From: Podarcis bocagei
Taxonomy: Eukaryota
Reading direction: 5' to 3' (one strand)
DNA length: 64,000 nt
Assembly: GCA_964188305.1 (NCBI GenBank)
Contig: OZ076896.1
In this document: positions 25,201-36,516 of the stretch, piece by piece
Layout: each line of letters begins with the position of its first letter
Position numbering within the stretch: position 1 is the stretch's first letter
Position numbers and translations under genes: made by a program
Notes under the pieces: model-generated
What the model saw: the letters and a program-made list of their open reading frames with translations, nothing else
Told to the model about the DNA's origin: nothing
The model's database searches: none

Positions 25201-27164
25201 TGGTGAAGAGACAATTAGCACACAACTCTGCAGCTGCAAGACTGAGAAGATGGCTGAGGTTCATCACACCCTCCCAAGGGCAACAGCAAACTACGGTAGC
25301 TATGGAAAGAAAGTTGCAAGATCCTGATCTAGCTCAGGACCCAGAACGTTTTGCATGCATAGCCTGTGCTCTGTCCCACAGCAACACACCCCTCCCCACC
25401 CAGCATTTTCCTTTCACTTCATTGTATGAAAGCATCATGGCAAGGAGTTAATTCATAAACAAAATACTGATTGAACTCAATGCACAATTATACCAAGCAC
25501 CAAACTGCGTATTATTTAGCTGTCTGTGTAGACTTCTGTTGCTATGCCGCACATAGAAGCAGTTTAATTTCCCTCGGGGAATTAAGAAAGGATAAAGACA
25601 TTCAGACATTTCTGGTCTGTAAAACTCAAAGTAGGAGGACAGCTCAGAAGTCCAAACCACAGAGCAGAAAGCACCCCATAAAATAGAAATCAGACCAAAT
25701 ACTAGCAACAGACAAAAAACTCCAATTATATATAACTAAACAAAGGATGGTGAACATGTAAGACAACGTTCAATGGCATTTGCCTGGAAGCTCAGGGGAA
25801 AGCACATTATTCATTTTATTTCATGTTATTTTTTCACTGAAAACTTTTAATAATTATGGGTAGGTGGGTGTGGGTGTAACGACTATAGTGAGAAAATCAG
25901 TAAGAATACAGACATTCAAACTGTATGGAAAGTTTGATCCTTGTGATATATTAATAGAATCCACACCATGAAGCTAATAAATAGGTTTCAAAAAGTATTA
26001 TTACACAGGAAGACCATGTATCATAGAATTAAATATGCATGTTCACGCATAAACTAATATAAGCCTATATATAGCTTCCTATTGGGTGTATTCAGATGCA
26101 ATGGGAAACCATTGTTTACAGCAATCCAGGAAAGTACTTGATCTCTACCCCTTACATATGGAAGGAGGAGAGGAGGGAGTACACTAGCCCGGGGTTGCTT
26201 ATGTTCATAATAGCAAACAATGTATTGCTTTTATATCTGAATGCAGTCACTGAGTTTTCACTGGCTATACCTCATGGTCATACACACTGTGAGGATTGTT
26301 ATTTATTTATCTATCACACAAATCAGATCCTGCACCTGTGTACGGTTTCAGTGCATTCCCATTTACCATTTTCTGATGCTTATCTTTTTTATATAAAAAA
26401 AGAAAAAGAAGAAAAAGAATGTATTTTGTACTCGGAAATAGTGGCTGCAATTTAATACATTAGTGATTTTGTCTGTTACCAAATAAATTTGTGCATTTCT
26501 ATTTGGGGGGATGCTTTCTTTGTTCGCTGTACATTTTGGGTGAGGACACCACAGTAGCAGCATAAGCATGCAGCAGAGATTTGCATATTATAATACAATC
26601 CGAAAAAAATGGAGAGAGCTTTTATGTTATATCTCTCTGGAAGAATAAAAAGCTTTACTCTTAGATAGTAAATTTATGCTAATGACACCACGGCTCATCT
26701 AAAATGAGAGGGAGGAATGAAACACTAAAGTGTCAAAAGCTAGCTGATGGTGACCCTGCAGGCACATGCCACTGATCAACTAATTACTATGATTCTGAAG
26801 GATGCCCTAGGAAACAGCAAGTGGTTGACTGCTGGGACAGACATGCTGAATCTTTAGCAGCTGAAATTTGCTGAATGAGAATTTGTCATTGTCTCTTTTG
26901 AACGAGGGTGGGGCGTGTTTATTGCCTGTTACCTCAAGAAGCTCTCACATTTATTTTATGGTTATGAAAAAGAAGCCACCGATTTATGTATTCATTCTCT
27001 AAATATGAAAATCACTCACAGTCTGAATTCCAGTTGTTTGGCAACCAATTGATCATTCCTCCAAAACAAACAAACAACATACAATTGAGTATCCGGTCCA
27101 AAGGAAAGCATTTATCTCATACAGAATGGTAGTTATTATATACAGCCTGTAAATATAAACCTAT

Positions 27165-27460
27165 CCGAAATTAGCAATCTATGCCTCACCTTCAAGACAG
27201 ACTACGTTGGTAGGTATTTAGGACAAGGCCTTTCCTGTAAGGAGTGCCCCAATTGTGGAATTTCCTCCCCAAGGCAGATAGGTTGGCCACCATCCTAGCC
27301 TAGCCTTAGGCAGGCCATAAAAGCAGTTTAGTTTTACTTGGCTTTCAGTGGGCTTTAAATTCTGATGTATGGCTTTGTATTTTGATTTGTATAGTTGTTT
27401 TAATTATTGTATATAACCCTTGTGAGCACAAAGGCAATCCATAACTATGTTAAAGAAAAG
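27165..27460 (+). mobile_element. L2-like LINE 3' end
   Basis: ggccttt...gccccaattgtggaatttcctccc motif followed by a T-rich 3' UTR. Similar ends at about 31360-31810 and 47240-47475. Confidence 0.55.
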
Positions 27461-27624
27461 AAAAAGAATTCAGGGACAAGTATGCTTAAGACCATTGATT
27501 AAAATGTATAGGATTGGCCTGGGAAGACCCGAACTCCTTTGAAGGTGAGTATGAATGGCTAGAAATATATATATACTTTTGATTCCAAAACTAATCTTAA
27601 CATACAAATCCAGTCTCCCAGGAT

Positions 27625-27930
27625 AATTGCTGTTGTTTGCATCCACCAGTCTCGGGAGACACTGGAAGACTTTACCTTCGGAGGTAAAGTCAAACGGTTG
27701 GAAAGTTACAACTGTGGCAGCAAAGCCTGATACAGAAGAGACATGCTTTATTGCAGGTGGGGCAGATGAGGGCATCCAGTTTTGCTGCTACAGGTTATTC
27801 TTTCTGCGCTTCTCCCAGCGATCATTCCTCCTCTGGTCACTGCTGTGGATACATCATCAGTCTGTCTCCAAGCACTGACGTCGTCTGCAAGGGATTCCCA
27901 TATGGTGTCTTGCATGGACACAATCATCTT
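27625..27930 (-). mobile_element. RTE-clade LINE 3' fragment (non-Bov-B)
   Basis: Minus strand reads WESLADDVSAWRQ...RRNDRWEKRRK...ICPTCNKAC...H (RTE C-terminal Zn motif, with frameshifts), ending in a caacagcaa tail. Confidence 0.8.
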
Positions 27931-27970
27931 GTAGAGCTTAGGTAGGAATGCTGTCTTGCTGAGCAGTTTG

Positions 27971-28068
27971 AGAGGCCGTAGCTCAGTGGAAAAGCATCTG
28001 CCTTGCTCCTACCTGAAAACCCATAGAGCTGCTGCCAGTCAGTGTAGGCAGTACTGAGCTAGATGGGC
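27971..28068 (+). mobile_element. Squam3-like tRNA SINE, internally deleted
   Basis: A-box ggccgtagctcagtgg plus gagctgctgccagtcagtgtaggcagtactgagctagatgg body, shared with 35061-35263. Confidence 0.7.
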
Positions 28069-28074
28069 ATATAG

Positions 28075-28520
28075 TTGTGTTGATGGAGAACTGACCTTCA
28101 GGCCTATGCATTCCCACCCCGGTTCCTGTTGCCCAAGGTCTTGCACAGAGTCTGACTGCTGAGGGAGGAAGTAGTTCTGAGAACACCCTAGTGACCATGC
28201 AGGTTTTGGTTCCTGGAGCTCCTCCATCTCTCCAGGGCATCCCTTGTGTCTGCCTCATGGGAGGGACCTTCTTCTTCAGGTACTGTTTGTTCACCCAGGC
28301 CCAGAACTATTCCATCTGATAGCCTGGTGGCTGAGTGGCTCTGGCTGAAGCAGCTTGGCGTGTCAGACAATGTCCTGGCTATGCTCCTGGTTTCCAGGAA
28401 GAGTTCCACAAATACGTTCGTATGGCTCCACATGGAGGGTGTTTCTTGACTAGTGCAGGGACAGTGGGAGGGGCCCCACATTTAGGGAAATGGTGGACAT
28501 CCTGTGGTTCCTCCAGGCAG
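28075..28520 (+). mobile_element. DIRS1 tyrosine-recombinase retrotransposon fragment
   Basis: Frameshifted reading AYAFPPRFLLPKVLHRV...RFWFLELLHLS...LPHGRDLLLQ...HPGPELFHLIAWWLSG, then LKQLGVSDNVLAMLLVSRKSST...YGSTWRVFLD*C. This is the typical DIRS1 pol C-terminus running into the YR N-terminus. Confidence 0.85.
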
Positions 28521-31500
28521 TGCCCACCTCCTCTGCCAGAAGCTGGTCATATCCAGTGCAGGGGTGGGTGCTGTGTTCTGGAAGTTAGCCAAGGGCCTCC
28601 TAAGGGAAGTCCACATTGTCCTCCTGTTTTTCACTGTCCTGTACACCTTACTTGTTTAACTGTTCTTTGCCTCTGACAGTGTGTCTCTGTCATTAGTAGC
28701 TCCTAGGGGTTTTGGACCTGGAGTGGTCGGATGTGGTATGTGAGGTTGAGGGTTCATCTCTGCTCTTCCAGACATTCTGGGGGAGAGGGAAGCCCTCTCC
28801 CACCACGAGAATCATCAATTTGGACTCTGCTTGACACTTCCAAATCACTTCCTACCCAAAGTCATATTGGGGCATGATTTACAACAGCCTATAATTTGCA
28901 ACTTACTTAACTTTGTGGGCTAACAGGGTAGAAATCATTCTTATAGACTGGTTTTATTTTATTTTCAGCGTAGTGAAATTTGGAGCACTCTCTCTCTCTC
29001 ATACAAATTCTAGCAGCGTAATTGGTTCTATTTTATCCCCCTTTTAAGCTACAGAAACAAAAAGCAAGGGAACTCGTATGTGAGACTGGATTGTTTTACA
29101 GCTCTATTCATTTTAATTGCCTAATTTCTCCCCCATCAGCATTCTTTCAAGAAAGATTTGCTCCTCAGTCAAATATGGCATGTGCTAGAACCTAATACAA
29201 AGAGGTTTTTCACAGCCAATAATAATACATTTTGGAAAATGAGTTCCAACGTGCTAATAAACCTTTAAGTACAGAAGTGGCAGCAGTGTCTCTAATAACA
29301 TATGATGTAAAGATCAATTTGAATATCAAAGAACATATTGAAATACTTTCAAAATTGCTACCATTCAGTCGGTATAAATGGGAAGGGGCCAAAATCTAAT
29401 AATGATTCTCCCCCCACTTCAGCACTTTCTACCCTTTAGTACAAGTAAAAACACACACAAATTATTTGAAATTAACAGGCTTTACAGGGAGACGAGAGCC
29501 AAAAACTGAACATTAATTCACCATTATACAACACTTGGTTCATTGTTTGTGCATTGAAACAATCTGTTCAAAAAATGACATCAGCAGACTTCAGTAAATA
29601 GCTGCACTTATAAACCTTTTTATCTTATACATAAGGCATGAAAGAACAAGGTAGGAACATTTGTGAGGTCACCAGCTGCTAAGGAGGAAATGTAACAAGC
29701 CCATAGCAACTCCCAGTCTCTTGTGCTGGAGGCAAAAGCATCCCAAGTCACTCCTGGTCTTTTTCTGTTCCACCCACAAAGTCACCCTGGACTTTGTGTA
29801 CCATAGATGATTTGAGTGATTTCTGTGCTGGCACAGCATCCAGTCAAGGATCATGGTTAGTGTGTGGTAGGCATCTCATGCAGATGACCTTAGCAAACTT
29901 GGATAGATTTCTAAATTTTGCTGTTACACATTAAAAAAAAAAAGCAGTTTCATTTTCGGCACGCTGCCATACATCCTGAAGCAGCAATGCTGTTTACAGC
30001 TAGATGTGCTGAAAAGTTATTAGGAGATGCTGTTCATTACAAAACAGTGTTTCTTCCCATTACATTTTTTCCCTGCCAACGCTCTGATAAATCGACATGG
30101 TGTAAGCACATGTGTAGCTCACTGGCTGATGGCATGTCTTTCTGGCTTCAAAACACAGGGTGAGATCCAGTGCTGCCATCCTCCTGGCAGAACAGCATCA
30201 GATCCAGTTGAGGCATTGTAAGAGGAGACAAGGCACATCCCTCAGATTCTCCCTGTGACACCTTCCATGCTGCTCCGGAGGGTCCCCCGGCCCTCTGGAG
30301 GGTCCCTCTGGTTGAGGCTGATGGGAGTTTGCAGCCCAACAATATCTGGAGGGCCATAGATGCTCCACCCATGGCTTACATAGAAGGGATACTGGAGGTG
30401 GAGAAGTCTGGAGGGGACAAGATGGGAAGGTGGGGAAGCCAAATGGAACTGGTAGGGAGGAGTAAATTGGGCTATCTCCTTCCCATGGCTGGCCTAAGAC
30501 TTTTTGATGATGGAAGTGGAAAGTAAATGGCACCTTCTCCCTACACTTCCCAGTTAAGGAGAACAATAACCAAGACATAATATCTCACAACTGCCTTCTC
30601 CTGGCAGTAAAAATAGAACAACAAATTAAATTGCTACTTTCATGACATCCAAAATCAGATGCTTGAGGAAGCCTCCTAGCTCTGCCATTACCCCCTTCAT
30701 AGTGAGTCTGGCTACTTATGTTTTCCAATGAAATACCAGAATGGCATAGTGATTCTGTAGGAATCAGAAGCCACTGATTCCTATTTGAGAGCTAAGCAAG
30801 GTATAGACAATTGTCTATAGACATAGACAATTATGTGATCAGAATCTCCTGTGTTGTCATTTTTCTTTTCTTAGCTAGCAGATGTTTTCTTTTCAATTAG
30901 ATGTGAAACGAGCAAGGCTGCCTAGGTTAGCCAAAATGTTTCCATTTGGTTTTAAAAAAGAAAAGAGAGTCCTAAAACTGGGAATGAATGCTGTGAATCC
31001 AGCACACCATCTACTTCATTTTAACTGAGATAAATTCATCTCAACATTTAGATTGCCCAGAGGATGTTGGGGATCCACAGTAATTCTGGTTCTGCAAATT
31101 GGGTGCTAAACAAATGGGGTTTCATGGGATTCTGAACTCACCAGTGCTATGGGCCAAGCTTATCAATGCAATGCAGCAGGTTGGGAGCATATAAGGCATC
31201 TAATAAAATGGGGGATAGAGAGTGGAAGACTCAAGCAGGCAGCTGTCCCCAGTATGCAATAGCCTGTCTGAACCTGATAGCCGACTACAGCCGTGCTTAT
31301 TGGATAATTCTCACATTTCTAGTGTGTACATGAGATGATTTACATTTCCCCTTCAAACAAAATGTTTGCAAACCATTTCCCAGCAGCTGGATAGGCTATA
31401 GCTCCTACTGTATAATGGGTCTGCTGTTGCATAACGTGTGGAACTGTTATTAAAAGGTTGGTAGCGCTGCCAACTATCTGTAGTTGACGGGCTCATGGCA

Positions 31501-32044
31501 TGTGAGAGGGGCTTTCTTGTGATGGCCCCCCAGATTGTGGAATGCACTCTTATGAGGTGTGTCTTGTATGCTTCATCACTGTATGCTTTTTGATGATTGT
31601 TCAAGATGCATCTCTTTAACCAGGCCTTTGGTTGAGGATATGCCTTCACTCCTCTGGCATTGCTGTGCATTGCTCTCTGCTTGTTTTGCTATTCTGTTAC
31701 CTGCTTTTGAGATTTTAATTTCCAATTTTGAAATAGATTGTACTTATTTTAATGGCAATATTTTTTAACCTGCCCTGGAAGAATAGCTACAAAAAATAAA
31801 ATAACCAACATAGTATGGGTAGACTTCTCACACAATTTTTTAATAGCCAGCCTTGGTTTTCAGGGCCCTGGATAATACCTAGTTTATAGTCACAAAAGCA
31901 TATATCAATACATAACTATAAATGCTAAGGTGCAATTATTTGTTCTTGATACATCAACAATATGTGTACGGCAGGTGTAACAGCACTAGTATGAAGTTAA
32001 GTGTAACAACACTGACCTTACTACTTTACTTTTATATCAATCTA

Positions 32045-32077
32045 CGCGCGCGCGCGCGCGCACACACACACACACAC
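32045..32077. repeat. (CG)8(CA)8 alternating purine-pyrimidine tract
   Basis: Directly visible. Confidence 0.95.
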
Positions 32078-34734
32078 TGCTCTGTAGCCCAGGAATCCAG
32101 ACCAGGGCCTGAGGTTCTCAATTCCTGTATTAGCTCATCACCAAATAAGCTCAGTTTTCTACAAAAAAATACCTATCAAACAGGAATGCTTTATGAATGA
32201 CCTCTTACCCCAAATGGGCAATGTATTCAAAACAGAGGCCTTAACATTTTATCTGGTGGCTTCTGTCTATGTTAGAAAGTGGGGGGTTAAAACATGCTTA
32301 ATGCATGCCATCAGTTCTACAACATTGTAAACAAAATGGAGGAGGGGGGCAGAGAGGGAGATATTACTTTAAAAGCCCAGTGGGAAATACCCACTGCCAG
32401 AAATATGTTAGCCATATAATAGTTTTATGCTGCTGTATCGTTAGTATGCCGCACTTTTCTTTCACCACTAAGGGTGCTGTGTTTCATTTTCAGTAAAGAT
32501 TTATTGATTCCCAATTGTTTGTGAAGGGAAAATGTGACATTTATGGTTTTACGCTTTACTGAGATACTACATTCTATGCAGAGGATGTCATTAAAATGCA
32601 CTGTATTGTTTGATTCTGTCATGGCAACTGCAGTATTTTCCACATGGAGATTCCTAAAAGCACTTACTAAATCCATGTCATTTCTGCCACAATGAAGATG
32701 GTCATAAAAACTAAAGAAACTGTCCTTACCGTGGAATTTTAAGAACTTTTCATTTTTTGTAATTAAAGTAGCATATTAATCTCATAGAGTGGCGATTTAA
32801 TGCAAAGTAATGCTATAAATTCTAAGGTCTGTCGTTTTAAAGATTTATCCTGTTGAAACACAAACATATTGTTTACGCTTGAAATACATATTTAGCAGCT
32901 AGCATTTCTGCAGAGGGTAAAAAAAAAATAGATACGAAAATCCAGCGATATAAACTCATGCAGAATATTTTACAGTTCATAGCAAATAAATATTAAATAT
33001 TTTATTATTTTAATTCTACTTTTCATAGATTTGCAAGTTTTATATTTAGGACATTCATTGACAAGCTTCCTTTTCAAGCCTGAACACAAACGTTGAAAGA
33101 AACTTAAGCTAACATGACTTCTAGTAGTATGTAATTGTGACAGCTCCGTGGATGTGGTGGAGCTGAAAAAAAGGACATGAAGTGGATGATGGCATCCCTG
33201 ACCACTGGCCATGCTGGCTTGGGCTGATGGGAGTTGGAGAGCCACAGGTTCCTCCTCTTTGCTCCATACTTCAAATCACTGACACCATTCTGAATCAAAG
33301 CAGGCAATGATGAACTGGCAAGAGAAAATGCAAACCATCTGATGCTACAGTGGTCCAGTGAAGGGTTTTTCAAAAGTAATGATGTTTGAGTAGGATTTGT
33401 AAGGGTAGAGAAAGGTGGTTTCAGCTGCAGGAGGTTATTCCAGATATAGGGAACAGCATACACAAGACCATAAAAGGAGCCAATGATTGTCCTGAGCTAC
33501 TCGGTAAACTTGCTTTTCCATCATGGCCTTCTCTTAACCACACCATTTGTTTTCAAGAACGATTATTCCAAAATTATTGCATTAAGTCAATCTGCTTTAG
33601 TGGTCAGTTTAAATGATAGCATGATTGACTATTACAAGTTAAAGCAGCATCTCTACAATTGTTTTTACACTTAGTGCATGGAATAAATGTACAAACCACA
33701 CATTTCCTAATCCCATGTAAATTAATGTATTTTGAAAATCTGCAATAAAGGCTCTATTACATTTTCAGTACCAATTTTTAAACTAGTTATTTGCCTTGTT
33801 CTCTATATCCCTTGAAATCCTTCTTTCTGAGCTAAATATAGAAAAATACAGACGCACAGGATGGATCACTTTTGCTAGCTTCTTTCATTTTTATCTTGCA
33901 TCTTTCCCAAGTTATCATATTAGCCACACTCGAAGGGTTTAGTCAAAACGTATCAGACTATTCTCCTACTCTGACCCATTCATTTGTATCTTGGTATAAA
34001 CATTTTAAAGAGATACTGGGCTCTTCCATTTCATTGCTTTAGACTAGCAAGCTATATTTCCCGAGGCTGACCGTTGTATCATAATTGGTATGAGAGAGAC
34101 AATATGTGTGTGTGTTTGTGTAATGGATGACCTTGCTATGACTTAAGGAAATAATAAGATCCCCCAAGGAAAATGTACAAAAGCCTGCTGATAATACCAC
34201 AGCAAATAAAAATTCTGAAGGACAAATATACCTCTTGTCAGAGCATTAACATTAACAGTATTTTCTCCTTAGTCTGTTATTTGATCTGCACCATGCTAAG
34301 TGTGCCAAGTCTACTTTTTTTCTAAAGAGTAAACATTCAGAACAGAATGAACCTCAGTGTGTTACTTTTACCATCCCTCTACGTGTCTAGAAAATCTTAA
34401 CCTCTATCACTAATGCACATTTTTGTTTGCAATAGCATGGATTTATATCTACACTATTGGAATCTGTTCTTTAGCACCCTTCACTTGTCTGTGTTTTAGG
34501 GTTTTGTGGGGGGCAAGCTTCCCCTGCTTCCCTCTTTAACACTGCTGTCAATAAAAAAAATGACATGTTTAATAAAGAAGTTGCTTTCTTGGTCTCCCTC
34601 CTTCCACCTGCCTTGCCCCACCCTCTGGCCCTAGGAGTCCTCATAAGGGAGCTGTTCCTGGAGGAAGAACTGTGAGGGGAGAGACTCCATCAGGCAAGGC
34701 CTCCTTCCACCTGCCTTGCTCTACCCTCTGCTTC

Positions 34735-35058
34735 TCGATGTGTATTGTATTATGTACTGTGGCTTGTCGTTGTTTTATTGATTACAGTTTAGATATTATT
34801 GTAACCTTTGAGTGGATTTCTGTTTAACTTTTATATGTTGATATTATCATTTTATACTATTCAAATGATTGTTAAATGTTACCTTTTTTGATGGAGGTTG
34901 CCTATTTTAAAGTTATGTTTTATTATCACATTTTTGTTTTGCACTAGATTATAAAATGTACATTTTTTGTTTCTTCAGCTTGTAAACCGCCTTGAGTATT
35001 GTAAGATAGAAAGGCGGCATACAAATTAAAAATGATGATGATGATGATGATGATGATG
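34735..35058 (+). mobile_element. LINE 3' UTR with terminal stem-loop and (ATG)n tail
   Basis: T-rich UTR ending tgtaaaccgccttgag...gaaaggcggcatacaaattaaaa(atg)n; ccgcctt / aaggcgg stem typical of L2-like tails. Confidence 0.6.
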
Positions 35059-35060
35059 AA

Positions 35061-35263
35061 GGGAAAGAGCCATAGCTCAGGGGCAGAGCTTATGCTTTGT
35101 TTACAGAAGGTCCCAGGTTCAATCCCTGGCATCTCAAGGTAGGACTGGGAGGCTAAAATTCTGGAGAGCCACTACCAGACAATATAGGCAATACTGAACT
35201 AGATGGAGCTAGGTGAGTCAGGCCAATGGTCTGACCCAACATAAGGCAGATGCCTATGTTCCT
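35061..35263 (+). mobile_element. Squam3-like tRNA-derived SINE
   Basis: A box tagctcagggg, B box ggttcaatccc, end ataaggcagatgcctatgttcct. Other copies at 58401-58559 (+) and 48521-48600 (-). Confidence 0.8.
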
Positions 35264-36425
35264 CAGTACAGGGGGCTGGTACGCTAAGCCACTTGCAGCT
35301 TTTCCTTTAAGTGCCATTTTGTTGCACCTTCACCCAGATTTTCTCTAACTGGACAATTTTTCTGAATAGAGTGTGGGGGCCGCTTCTGCTTCCTACCTTC
35401 TGTAACTTATCTGGCTTTACATTTTGGTAGACTTGTCTCCGTCTCCACACTTTCTCCCCTACTCCCCCACCCTCTCTTAATTCTGCTTCGCAGTTTAGTG
35501 AAAACTGGGCAGTCCTTCACAAAGGTCCTAGAAACGATCTACAGCTATAGATGTGGCGGGGGGGGGGGGAGATGGAGAGCACACACTGAAGCCTTAGCCA
35601 GCACGTAGGGGCTTACATTTGATAATTGCAGTGGCTAAGACAGGAAACTAATTCAGACAAACTAGACCACGGTCTTCACAGTTGAAAGCTGAGATAAGTC
35701 ATTTAGAACTGAGCACTGGAATGAATGAATATCCTCTCCCACAAAACCTCTCCCTGAAACATGCAGCACTTTATTAACTAGGAATTAAGAGCTGGATCTC
35801 AGCATCACTCCCATGTGCCAGGTGTTCTGTGTAAGTCATAGCCGCTCCAGTTTTGGCTCCTATTAATTTTGACAACAAAATTGCTTCTATGGCAAGTAAT
35901 GTTTATAAATCTGGGGAATCAATCTCAATGTTCCAGAATCGTTGGAAAGAAGGCTGAAGGAATACGAATGCACCTCCGCCCTCTACCAGAATTCAACTGC
36001 ACAAAGCCCCAAGGAATTGCCAAATGTTCATAAATTCAGCAATGGCAATACATGGCTTAATATTTTGCTTTCAAATGTCCTAGTTGTCATTCCGGCTACC
36101 AATGCAGACTGTCAAAAGTAGGGCACGGGGGATATTATTACAGTTAGGGCTTACACTGCTTGATTAATTTTCTGTTATTGGCGAGGGCTGCATATGGGAT
36201 TAAATTATTCTGGAAAAACTACTTTCTTCCCTTTACTTTTCATCTCTCTCATTCAACAGGCAATAATGAGCTATCCATTTTAACACTCAAGAAATATAAA
36301 ACCTGACAGCAATTTATTTCACGGCATGGCAGCAAACTGCTACTGCCATGCTGCTCTTCAATTTTCAGCAAAGTAATGCATGGACTTGAGCTATAGGATG
36401 CATGCAACATGATGATACAGACATT

Positions 36426-36516
36426 AGCAGTACAATCCTATGTATGCCTACTCAGAGGTAAGTCCCACTGAGTTCAATGGGGCTTACTCTCAGGTAAGTA
36501 GGTACAGGATTGCAAC
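36426..36516. mobile_element. Short palindromic MITE (caatcct...aggattg family)
   Basis: caatccta...gtaagtcccactgagttcaatggggcttac...aggattg fold-back. Degenerate relatives at about 42120-42270, 50420-50500 and 51740-51820. Confidence 0.65.
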
